From the IMG/VR virus record IMGVR_UViG_3300036766_002286: 64,000 nt of DNA; one strand, 5' to 3'. This DNA comes from a virus (taxonomy: Duplodnaviria > Caudoviricetes). Under the pieces are notes generated by a model. That model was not told the origin of the DNA. It did no database searches and saw nothing but the letters and a program-made list of their open reading frames with translations. This document shows positions 49,298-58,317 of the stretch, piece after piece; the stretch's first letter is position 1, and every line of letters starts with the position of its first letter. Both the position numbers and the translations under genes were made by a program.

Positions 49298-49590
49298 GTA
49301 TTTAATAGTGCCTAGGTCTAATTTCTAGGCACCCATCTTATTCATCTATTGACAGCAGATCAGTACTTATATGTATAAGCACTGATCCGGGGTTTAAATT
49401 ACTATTTTTATATTAGCAGAATCCATAATTGGCATTTGAGCGCACATCCAATAAATGCTTATATAAGAGCATATTTAACTAAAGTAACTTTGCTTGAATT
49501 TCTAAACAATTTTGTACCACATAATCATATACTATGTAAGTTTATATTTTTAGACCGGCTACATGCAAAGCAGCAGTAATACAGTAAGTA

Positions 49591-49836
49591 CTATTTGTTT
49601 ATAGGAGTATTAGCACATGATTTAGCAATTTCTCTTGCAAGTTGTGCTGACCAAGCAGCTACACAGCTAGCCCGCGAATATGCAGCGTCACTATCACCAT
49701 ATTCTACAGTTTCCAATAAATCAAGCAGTTCTCTTTGAATACGAGAAACATCAGCGTGAATTTTCTTTTTATTTAATGTCTTTACTTCCTTAACAGGCTC
49801 TTTGCTCATTATATGTTCTCCTACAAGTTCTGGCAC
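49591..49836 (-). CDS. Hypothetical protein
   Basis: Short helical ORF; likely start at internal ATG (MSKEP) after SD aggag. Confidence 0.55.
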   Translation of the reverse strand: MPELVGEHIMSKEPVKEVKTLNKKKIHADVSRIQRELLDLLETVEYGDSDAAYSRASCVAAWSAQLAREIAKSCANTPINK

Positions 49837-49941
49837 GACTTTTATCGTAATTTAATACTGTAGGGGCGTTTTTAGTATAAGCAAACAGTAATTTATTTTA
49901 ATTGTTTTCTAGTTGTTTTTGCGCTGTTCATCTATCTTCCT

Positions 49942-51012
49942 TCAGTTTGCTGCAATCTCACTAAATTGTTTGGATCTATTTTGGGCTATTAGAGGGTCAA
50001 TAACCAAGCTGAGTTCGCCATTTAAGACCTTTTCTAGCTGGAATATGGTAAATTCTATTCGGTGGTCAGTTATACGGTTTTCTTTTACGTTGTAAGTGCG
50101 GATTTTTTCACTACGGCCTCCTCGCCCTACTTGGGCTTCACGCATCTGTGCCTGGCTGGTACGGGCTTCTTCTTTCTTTAATTTTAGAAGTCGTGACCGC
50201 AACACCCGCATCGCGCTTATTTTGTTACGTAGCTGGCTACGTTCGTCTTGAATCGCAACCACCAAACCCGTCGGTATGTGAGTAATTCTAACAGCAGAGT
50301 CAGTAGTATTAACTCCTTGTCCACCATGCCCGCTTGCCCTATATACATCTACTCTAAGGTCTTTTTCATCTATTAGCAACTCTGTTTCAGCTGCTTCTGC
50401 TAGTACTATCACAGTCGCAGTTGATGTGTGTACTCGTCCTTGTTTTTCAGTCGCACTCACTCGTTGCACTCGATGGGTGCCACCCTCAAAGCACATCTGT
50501 TCCCACACATCATGGCCCTTAATAACAAATATGACCTGGCTTATACCCCCCAGGTTAGATTTCTTTATAGACAGTACATTTGTGTTCCATTTATTATTTT
50601 GAGAAAATTTAATATACATATCAAACAGATCTCTAGCGAATAAGTTGGCATCTTCCCCGCCCTCAGCGCCCCGAATTTCAACAATAACATTTTTTCCATT
50701 ATTTGTATCTATTGGTAGTATCAACATATGCAGCTCTTGTTCCAGCTGATTAATTGTATTAGTAATAGAAAATAGTTCTGTCTCCAAGTATGTCTGTTCA
50801 AAAGAATTAGCACCAAGCATAAGTTCTTGAATTTCTAGTACAGTGCTAGCTGCGGACTTAAGTTTTCTAATACATTTTATGAGAGGAGTTCTGTGGGCAT
50901 AAAGCATAGACACTTCTCGCAACTTATCAGGATTCTCTAATATGGAGGGCTCGCCCATACTAGTTTCTAATGTAAGGTAATCTTCTATAATATCATCAAA
51001 CAGGGCATACAC
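49942..51012 (-). CDS. prfA: Class I peptide chain release factor (RF1-like) with non-canonical SAT tripeptide
   Basis: EIRGAEGGEDA, GTHRVQRV-SAT-EKQGRVHTS, GGQGVNTTDSAVR, RSEKIRTYN, TDHRI. Confidence 0.93.
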   Translation of the reverse strand: MYALFDDIIEDYLTLETSMGEPSILENPDKLREVSMLYAHRTPLIKCIRKLKSAASTVLEIQELMLGANSFEQTYLETELFSITNTINQLEQELHMLILPIDTNNGKNVIVEIRGAEGGEDANLFARDLFDMYIKFSQNNKWNTNVLSIKKSNLGGISQVIFVIKGHDVWEQMCFEGGTHRVQRVSATEKQGRVHTSTATVIVLAEAAETELLIDEKDLRVDVYRASGHGGQGVNTTDSAVRITHIPTGLVVAIQDERSQLRNKISAMRVLRSRLLKLKKEEARTSQAQMREAQVGRGGRSEKIRTYNVKENRITDHRIEFTIFQLEKVLNGELSLVIDPLIAQNRSKQFSEIAAN

Positions 51013-51027
51013 GTTCCACTGTTTGTT

Positions 51028-51075
51028 TCAGGTATCTTTTGTGTCTACCTTGGGGATATTAGATAAATTGCTCAT
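51028..51075 (-). promoter_or_regulatory. In-frame 15-codon leader ORF ending in UGA upstream of the RF gene
   Basis: CACTAT-7-ATG(51075) MSNLSNIPKVDTKDT-TGA-NKQWN-GTG(51012), all in the RF reading frame. Confidence 0.6.
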
Positions 51076-51224
51076 AGCTATTATAGTGCTGTGTATATTC
51101 TTTTAGGCACTTAACGATTCATTTTGCAAAACCCCGCCCATGCTGGTAGTACCGGACCCGTTAATTACATTTGAATCAGTAATAATAGCCGTAATAGTAT
51201 TAGGTATTCAAAAGGATTTATATT

Positions 51225-51428
51225 ATGACCCCCAAAGCAGCCATCTCCCTACAGGACTCGCGACTGCGTGCCGGCCAACGCGCTTTTAAAACGTTAGAAC
51301 GTTATCGTCCAGATCTGGCTGATTTGATTAGAGACACCAAGAATAACCCATTTTATGATGATAAAAAACTTCCCGCTTTTTATAACGAAGTACACAGGCT
51401 GCTAAAAGAAAACCCCACAGAGCAATAA
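51225..51428 (+). CDS. Phage-type small hypothetical protein
   Basis: RAGQ...RPDLAD.I.....PFYDD motif; SD aagga. Confidence 0.65.
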   Translation: MTPKAAISLQDSRLRAGQRAFKTLERYRPDLADLIRDTKNNPFYDDKKLPAFYNEVHRLLKENPTEQ

Positions 51429-51432
51429 GACA

Positions 51433-52950
51433 TCAACTAAATATATCCGCGCCAGATCTAAGTATAGCGCCCGCAAAGTCGTCTTTAGTTAGTGTTCTAA
51501 GTTCTAAATCACTAGACTGCGCAGTGACTCTACTACCTTGGCGCATTATGGCAGCTTCAAGTATGTTACGCATAAAACGACCATTACCAAAATTGGGTTG
51601 CGCCGAAGTCACGCCAAGCCTGTGGGCGAGTGCTTCTTGCACAGATCTTTCTATTACAAAACCTCTAAGGCTAGATAAGTGATCTAATATTTCTCCCAGT
51701 TCTTTAATGGTATACGAAGGAAATTCTACGACCCGCACAAAACGACTTCGAAGACCGGGGTTAGAGTTAATAAATTCTTCCATTTGAATAGAATATCCGG
51801 CCACTATAACTACAAATTCTTCACGATAATCTTCCATAAGTTTTAGCAGTGTATCTATGGCTTCTCGTCCGGCATCTCGAACTCCTTTTTCATTTGTAAG
51901 AGTATAAGCTTCGTCAATAAATAAAACGCCACCTATTGCACGCTTTACAGCGTCCATGACCCGCTTGGCTGTTTGTTCATTCCCTTCTGTTACCAGATCC
52001 CCTCGGTGTACTTCAACAAGATGCCCAGAGCTTAGAATATTAGACTGCGCTAATATATTTCCGATAATGCGGGCAACCGTGGTTTTAGCAGTACCTACAG
52101 GACCTTTAAATACCATGTGTTGTCCCATTCCAGAAGTGTTAAGTCCCAACTTGTCACGTCTTTCTGTCAAGGCGGTATTATGTAACCATAATTTCACAGT
52201 TTTCTTTACTTCTGTTAATCCTATTAATGAATCTAGTTCTTTATATCCGTCTTGTATTTCTAGATCAGGCTCTAATTTTAACACACTTAAGTCTATATCA
52301 CCAGAATCCATAGTGCGCTCTCCTGTTTTTATTAGTGCATTCTCTGCTAGTAATGCCACAACCCTGGAATTTTGCAGGTTCCCCACACCACGTGCACCGC
52401 GCAATAATTCAATTGCTTTTTTTTCAAATGTAGCAGTTACTGGAGTATGGCTTCTCTCTACAATGTCTAATAGTTGTTCGGCCATTTGCTCTGGCGTTAA
52501 AGATCTTACCCGCACATGAGAAAAATGTCTATACAGATCCGGGTTCATAGCATGCAGTCTCATAACAGCTGTCTTGTCTCCGGCCAATAATACAGTAACG
52601 TCTGTTGTAGTAACAATTAACAAATGCAGCATATCCAATACCGCCACTGTATGTATATCAGCATAAAGATTATCAAGGTCACTTATGAATAGTACTCCAC
52701 CACTTGCTTTACTCCAAGCTTCTTTTAATACCCCAACGGCTTCGGCTGCACAACTTGCGGCGAACTCAGAGGCCAGCATGTAATATACGTTCCCATTTTT
52801 TCTTTGTGCTAATTCAACTGCTGTCTCAGTTTGTCCACAACCTAAAGGTCCCATTATGCATAGGTGGGCTGGTTCACTAGGCGGCGCGTAAGCTTCTAGC
52901 ACCGTTTTTAGCTCTGGTTGTTGACGTATTTGGATGACTAGGTCTATCAT
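51433..52950 (-). CDS. CbbX/SpoVK/EccA-family AAA+ ATPase with degenerate N-terminal AAA domain
   Basis: C-terminal LIGL..VK, HMVFKGPVGTAKT, GGVLFIDEAY, NPGLRSRF, GNGR; N-terminal GPLGCGQT/GGVLFISD; promoter TTGACG-16-GACAGT-7-ATG 52950. Confidence 0.88.
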   Translation of the reverse strand: MIDLVIQIRQQPELKTVLEAYAPPSEPAHLCIMGPLGCGQTETAVELAQRKNGNVYYMLASEFAASCAAEAVGVLKEAWSKASGGVLFISDLDNLYADIHTVAVLDMLHLLIVTTTDVTVLLAGDKTAVMRLHAMNPDLYRHFSHVRVRSLTPEQMAEQLLDIVERSHTPVTATFEKKAIELLRGARGVGNLQNSRVVALLAENALIKTGERTMDSGDIDLSVLKLEPDLEIQDGYKELDSLIGLTEVKKTVKLWLHNTALTERRDKLGLNTSGMGQHMVFKGPVGTAKTTVARIIGNILAQSNILSSGHLVEVHRGDLVTEGNEQTAKRVMDAVKRAIGGVLFIDEAYTLTNEKGVRDAGREAIDTLLKLMEDYREEFVVIVAGYSIQMEEFINSNPGLRSRFVRVVEFPSYTIKELGEILDHLSSLRGFVIERSVQEALAHRLGVTSAQPNFGNGRFMRNILEAAIMRQGSRVTAQSSDLELRTLTKDDFAGAILRSGADIFS

Positions 52951-53010
52951 GCAGATCACTGTCCGCCCCAACAGCTGGGCGTCAATGATACAAAATAGCA
53001 ACTATTCGCT

Positions 53011-53238
53011 TTAAGTACCAGTAGGCAAGATACCTATGCCAGTTGGTACATTGGAATCAGAATACACACAAAGCAGTCTACGGGCAGTAACTACACGCTG
53101 TGCACTAGAACATATAACTATACTAACAGAGTCTTCGTTTATCTCTTCTAATACGACTTCTAGAGGCGCGTGTGTAGTATTAAGAAAATAATGATCACCT
53201 AGAATTAGTTCTGCGGCCTGTATAAGTTTTGTTAGCAT
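53011..53238 (-). CDS. Hypothetical protein
   Basis: SD aggag before ATG 53238. Confidence 0.55.
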   Translation of the reverse strand: MLTKLIQAAELILGDHYFLNTTHAPLEVVLEEINEDSVSIVICSSAQRVVTARRLLCVYSDSNVPTGIGILPTGT

Positions 53239-53478
53239 GTGTGCTCCTAGAAGTAAGTTAATAATAACAGTACCATACCTTTTAAGATATGCCACCAGCT
53301 TATATCACTATTTCAACAAATTTTCACTCGTAACCTAATTGAGCAAAAAACCTAATTTTCTGAGAAAGGAACCAGACATACATAATGGTCATATTCAGCT
53401 AAAATAATCAGTTGTATTAGAATTTAATATATTTTGAGAGATTTGACAATATCCCATAAACAGTGACAATATCCGGGT

Positions 53479-54030
53479 ATGAAAGGCGATAGTCATATTT
53501 GCAAAAAATCTTCAGGATTAATTGTAGATACAGGCCAAGGTCCTTGGGGAATAGGTACAGCTGCTTTTTCACAGGACTATCTTTTTCGCTACAGGCTATC
53601 GCGCATTTTTGATGAGGCGCTTCCTCGTATAAATTTTCTTATGTTAAATCCGTCAACTGCTGATGCTTTCAAATTAGATCCTACGGTACGCCGCTGTATG
53701 GGTTTTGCAAAACTCTGGGGCATGGGCACTGTTGAGGTAACTAATATATTTGCCTATCGGTCTACTGATCCTAAAGAATTATACAAAGTAACAGATCCTG
53801 TAGGTTCTTACAATAATAAAGCTATTTTGGCCGCATCTTCAGCTGCATCCATGACAGTATTAGCCTGGGGTGCTCATGGTTCCCTTCACGATCGTGCGCA
53901 TGCTGTTATTGACATGCTGCGCGCAAATGGGCATATAACCCACGTATTGAAGCTCACCAAAGTCGGACAACCCATGCATCCTTTATATATGTCTGCTGAC
54001 ACCAAGCCCTTCCTCTGGCCGCCCGCGTAA
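53479..54030 (+). CDS. DUF1643-family protein
   Basis: YRLSR, MLNPSTAD..DPTVRRC, NIFAYRSTDP, AWG, HPLY. Confidence 0.88.
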   Translation: MKGDSHICKKSSGLIVDTGQGPWGIGTAAFSQDYLFRYRLSRIFDEALPRINFLMLNPSTADAFKLDPTVRRCMGFAKLWGMGTVEVTNIFAYRSTDPKELYKVTDPVGSYNNKAILAASSAASMTVLAWGAHGSLHDRAHAVIDMLRANGHITHVLKLTKVGQPMHPLYMSADTKPFLWPPA

Positions 54031-54153
54031 TGCCTTTAGGAGCTTGTATAAAGCATCAAAGCCGTGTTACAGCTAAAGAGGGGTTCTCGGGCCTTAGTGC
54101 GGTCTCCTGGTGAGATACTTGCGCTATTTTAAGGTGCCTACACTGTAATATAT

Positions 54154-54444
54154 ATGGCCACTATCAGACAGTTCTTACACAGCATTACAACTTTAATATC
54201 TTCTGTATCTATCAAATTATTTATGATCATACGTACTTCTATTTCTACGTGTTTATTTCCTCAACCACGTCCAACATATGCTCGAGCGTCCAAATCACGT
54301 CGTGGAGTAGGCACCCTAGAGTACGTACTAATGGCCGCAGTGGGTATTGGGGCTTACGTACTTGTCGATAAATTCTTTTTAGGCAATGGTGGATTTATTA
54401 GTAAGATCACGAAAAATGTTGGCGATATGTTTGGTGGCGGCTAG
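54154..54444 (+). CDS. Flp/type IVb pilin-like protein
   Basis: Class III signal RRG|VGTLEY followed by hydrophobic helix; promoter TTGCGC-16-CACTGT-7-ATG. Confidence 0.7.
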   Translation: MATIRQFLHSITTLISSVSIKLFMIIRTSISTCLFPQPRPTYARASKSRRGVGTLEYVLMAAVGIGAYVLVDKFFLGNGGFISKITKNVGDMFGGG

Positions 54445-54627
54445 TAGTTATTTATTAAAGATTTCTAAATCGCCACGCAGAAGATTGTAGTTCATTAAGA
54501 CCGGGTTCCTTGTGTGTAACAATACCTAAATACTTTATTAAATATGGTAATTATTTGTAATTTTTATTTTCTTAAAAACCAGCACACTTGTATGCCAGCT
54601 ATTCAAACTGCGTGCACAGTATACTAT

Positions 54628-54999
54628 ATGCATTCCTCTCAAAAACATACGTCCAATATTTTAGGTACTGTTACTATAGATATGATAGAACAAGCAATGC
54701 GTGCAAGCTCCGACGATTTGCTTGTTATCCCTTTTTTAAATACAATCCCAGGATCCCCTGAGTTTCTTATAGCCTTGGGGCACCTTCTTGCTGCAAGCCA
54801 CACTATGCTACCAAACGGGTCTCCTCTACTAGCATGGTATACATCGACACAAGTTGACGCTAACTGGCGCGACAACTGTCCGTGCGTGCCGGCATCAGTC
54901 TGGGGAGAGCTTATCATCAGAGAACGTTTATATAAAAGCAATGATACAACTACATGTCCAATGCAAAGATTGCTGGAATTGCGTCACTTACCCATATAG
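54628..54999 (+). CDS. Hypothetical protein
   Basis: Start refined to CACAGT-7-ATG 54628. Confidence 0.55.
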   Translation: MHSSQKHTSNILGTVTIDMIEQAMRASSDDLLVIPFLNTIPGSPEFLIALGHLLAASHTMLPNGSPLLAWYTSTQVDANWRDNCPCVPASVWGELIIRERLYKSNDTTTCPMQRLLELRHLPI

Positions 55000-55045
55000 C
55001 CATGTACCGATACTAGAGGTAAGCACCTTTTGGAGAATACTTTAT

Positions 55046-55708
55046 ATGTTAGATGCAGCAGTGACTCTTCTGGATGATATAGATGATGTTTTGAATCTCA
55101 AGCACTGTAATCGCACAGTTACCGCCCAAGTTCAAGAGTTCTCTAGTGATATTGCTGTATTTAAAACTTCTAATGGAGATCTCGCCACAGTACCTGTTAC
55201 AGATTTTTACCCTAATCATCTTTGGGAAAAAGGCGTTTCTTATCATATGCTTGTAACTAATGAAAAGCCCTTAAAACTATCAGCAACCAGACCTGAGCTA
55301 GTAGAGCTTCTTTTAGAAGGTTTTATTCCAGAAATTAGAGACGGTCGTGTATTCATAGTTGCAATTGAGCGCCAAGTGGGGGTAAGAACAAAAGTAGCTG
55401 TAGCAGCTACGCGCTCGGATGTGGATCCCGTCGGAGCCTGTTTAGGGCGTAGTGCTTATAGGTTGAAAAAGATGTCAGCTATGTTACTTGGAGAAAGACT
55501 GGATATAGTAGCCTATCATGCTGACCCTGATAAGTTTTTAACTAATGCGCTAGCGGTAAGTCATACGGAAGTTAGACAACAAAACGACGGCACTACTTTA
55601 GTATTAGTGCCTATACATCAACTAGCAGCAGCTCTTGGTGGCGGCAACTTAAATGTTGCACTTGCTTCCAGACTTACCGGCCGCAAACTAGTACTTCAAG
55701 GTGTATAG
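55046..55708 (+). CDS. nusA: NusA-like protein (S1-KH1-KH2 only)
   Basis: LSATRPELV..L...IPEI.DG.V.I..I.R..G.RTKVAV....VDPVGAC.G, GERLDIV, NALA, NVALASRLTG; SD ggag before ATG 55046. Confidence 0.8.
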   Translation: MLDAAVTLLDDIDDVLNLKHCNRTVTAQVQEFSSDIAVFKTSNGDLATVPVTDFYPNHLWEKGVSYHMLVTNEKPLKLSATRPELVELLLEGFIPEIRDGRVFIVAIERQVGVRTKVAVAATRSDVDPVGACLGRSAYRLKKMSAMLLGERLDIVAYHADPDKFLTNALAVSHTEVRQQNDGTTLVLVPIHQLAAALGGGNLNVALASRLTGRKLVLQGV

Positions 55709-55830
55709 CGCCGGTTGTTCCTTAGATACTATGTTTTATAGTTAAATACCACTTTTTATAAATAAGTTGGCTTTATATTAGAAGCCACAACTGTTATATT
55801 TACTTATTCACATCCAGGAAAGGTCTATAT

Positions 55831-57681
55831 ATGACCAACCCGCCTTATTGGGGATTCGATCCCCCCGCTACACCGCGAGTCGCAATACAACCGGACTCAA
55901 TAGCGGCAACCGACGCCTATGATACTGAACACGGTGATGCTGTAGAAGATACAGAATCTAGTGTACAGACGCATCTACCACGTCAAGAGCAAGCAGTTAA
56001 AGTTTCACCAACAGCACTTCTGCGCCAAAGAGTAACTTCGGCTATACGTAGCACCTTAAGTGCTGTACATAATGCAGATTCTACCGTTGCATTGCAAATA
56101 ATTCAACGTATTGAATCTTCACGTAAAGTGCTAAGTGCACTTACCCCGGAATATCGAGAAATTGTATTAGCTGTATTAGAGGTTCTTAAGCACGAAGCTT
56201 CAGTATTATCTACTGGCCGTCTTAATTTATATAGTTTGCCTATTCTAGAAGAGTATGCACAAGAAGTTAAAGACGAAATTTTCTTTGTTACTGATGAGGT
56301 TGGGGTTTCAACTCCAGCAGATCCACACGCCTACTGGCAAGATATGGTAGAAATTGTGCAACGCGCAGCTACTAAACATGCCGCGTTAACTCTCGCTCAA
56401 GGTATTGAAGATAAAAAACCTTTGTTCGACCTGATGCCTTTGTATCGTAAAGTTGAACCGCCCACGTCTGTAAAAGCTATTAGTCGTGAACGCGGCACCA
56501 AAACAGCCAAAGAAGTAGCCGAGGAGCACCGTGTAATAAGCTCCAGTAAAGCTGCTTATAGATTTTCATCTGGACTGCGAAGTTTAGACGGTAGCTATAC
56601 TGGGACTAATGAAGCTCTAGGTTTCATATCACCAGGAACTTTTGTAGTTGTGATGGGCCAGACCGGAACCGGTAAGAGTTCGTTTGCGAACTCTATAGTT
56701 CCATCTATTAGTATGGATCTAAAAAACTGGGGTTTGGAACACGGCAAACAAGTACTTTTTCACACAGAAGAAGAAACTATTGACAAAATCCGCGGCTTTC
56801 GCATGGATAAAGGTCAAAAGTATCATCATCTGTCAGACAATATGATAGTTAAAGACTGTGGTACCAGTCGTCGCCAACTTGCTTATACACTGTATGATCT
56901 TGTTAAGACAGCCGAAGAAATATCACGGTTTAATAAACGACCTATTGTTGAGTATTTGCCCTACGTAGTTCAAATAGACTACCTTCAAGCAATTCAAGAG
57001 TCTACGGACAGAGATCCAGCAACAGCAGCAGCAATAACTGCAGAGTTTTTTCTCCGCGGAGTTTGCGCCTGGAACCCAGATGAAATGCATAAATTCTCAG
57101 GAGTTAATTTTCTTGAGTATGCAGGAATTCCGTGGCCAGAGGGCATGACTGATCACCGCGTTGCGGTGGTAGCTTATGCGCAGCTTATCAAGATTGATGA
57201 AGCTACACAATATTACCAATCAGGTCGTAAAGGTGTTCAGCTAAGCGACTTCACGTTGTTTGATCAAGACAATAATCCTTACTGGAAAGTTCAAGACGGC
57301 GATCTTCGTTTGTTTGATAAATCACAAATGCGTGGTTCAGGTATCATAGCCCAGAACGCACATGCGATCCTTATCTTACATCGTTCGGTTCCGTATAACA
57401 ACCCAGCAGTAAGAGATGCATTGGGAGAGCTACACCTTCAAGATACTAGAGCGCGGGTTTTGTACAATAAAAGCCGCAGCGGTTCTAGCAGGGTTTACGC
57501 TCCTTTACGTTTTGACGTGCAAGCTGACGGCGGTCGAGCTCAGTTCTTCGATGAAGCAGCTGAGGACGCACTCTCACGCGGTACTCTTAAAAATATAGAT
57601 CCCTCCTATCAAGATCCAGGAGATCCTATATTACCGATTCGTCCATTTAGAAATAAATTGGCGGAAACTCGGTACATATAA
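55831..57681 (+). CDS. Second, divergent DnaB-like (SF4/RecA-fold) helicase
   Basis: GQTGTGKS, HTEE, QIDYLQ, YAQL, MRGSGIIAQNAH.ILILHR, KSRSG. Confidence 0.8.
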   Translation: MTNPPYWGFDPPATPRVAIQPDSIAATDAYDTEHGDAVEDTESSVQTHLPRQEQAVKVSPTALLRQRVTSAIRSTLSAVHNADSTVALQIIQRIESSRKVLSALTPEYREIVLAVLEVLKHEASVLSTGRLNLYSLPILEEYAQEVKDEIFFVTDEVGVSTPADPHAYWQDMVEIVQRAATKHAALTLAQGIEDKKPLFDLMPLYRKVEPPTSVKAISRERGTKTAKEVAEEHRVISSSKAAYRFSSGLRSLDGSYTGTNEALGFISPGTFVVVMGQTGTGKSSFANSIVPSISMDLKNWGLEHGKQVLFHTEEETIDKIRGFRMDKGQKYHHLSDNMIVKDCGTSRRQLAYTLYDLVKTAEEISRFNKRPIVEYLPYVVQIDYLQAIQESTDRDPATAAAITAEFFLRGVCAWNPDEMHKFSGVNFLEYAGIPWPEGMTDHRVAVVAYAQLIKIDEATQYYQSGRKGVQLSDFTLFDQDNNPYWKVQDGDLRLFDKSQMRGSGIIAQNAHAILILHRSVPYNNPAVRDALGELHLQDTRARVLYNKSRSGSSRVYAPLRFDVQADGGRAQFFDEAAEDALSRGTLKNIDPSYQDPGDPILPIRPFRNKLAETRYI

Positions 57682-57689
57682 AGAATTAT

Positions 57690-57730
57690 AATAAGGACCG
57701 TCACATGTTCGTGACGGTCCTTATTTTTTT
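57690..57730 (+). terminator. Intrinsic terminator
   Basis: AATAAGGACCGTCAC-loop-GTGACGGTCCTTATT plus T-tract. Confidence 0.85.
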
Positions 57731-57809
57731 AAGACCCTAGCTCTTTTGGTTACATATTTAGCCGCTATGGTATAGTTTAATAATTTACTTATTTATCTAT
57801 AGGAGTATT

Positions 57810-58307
57810 ATGACAAGCCCACAACTAGAAGAATTTCGCAAAGACCTGGTAGTAGCTAGATTTGCCGCCCTCGAGTTTGGAAAGTTAACTACTACTATTC
57901 TAGGCAGTCTCTCGAATGATTGGTTTTTTGATGCCCCATCCGCAGAAACTGAAATACCTATGCCGGTATTAGATATGCCTGATGAAAAACGCGCTTCACT
58001 TATGTTAACTATTTTAGATGAAATGCTTGAAGCTTTAGCTTTAGCAATTGCCGAAAACGACACCCCACAAGAAGCATCTATTCGTTTAACTCCATTATGG
58101 ACCGAGCTATTTGCACTACACGCACCCATGATCAATAAAGATTGGCAAGATAGCCTACCATCTTTAGTAGAAGATCGCATAGCTATATTAGAAGAGGTAA
58201 CCGGAACTAGTCGTCAAGAAATTCTTGAAGCGACTCTCGCATCCGACACCCGTTGGCTAAAAGCCTTGTCAGCTTTTAGTATTGGTGTTGATGATTTGAA
58301 ATACTAA
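57810..58307 (+). CDS. Hypothetical acidic helical protein
   Basis: 165-aa ORF with SD aggag. Confidence 0.7.
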   Translation: MTSPQLEEFRKDLVVARFAALEFGKLTTTILGSLSNDWFFDAPSAETEIPMPVLDMPDEKRASLMLTILDEMLEALALAIAENDTPQEASIRLTPLWTELFALHAPMINKDWQDSLPSLVEDRIAILEEVTGTSRQEILEATLASDTRWLKALSAFSIGVDDLKY

Positions 58308-58317
58308 ACATCTCTAA

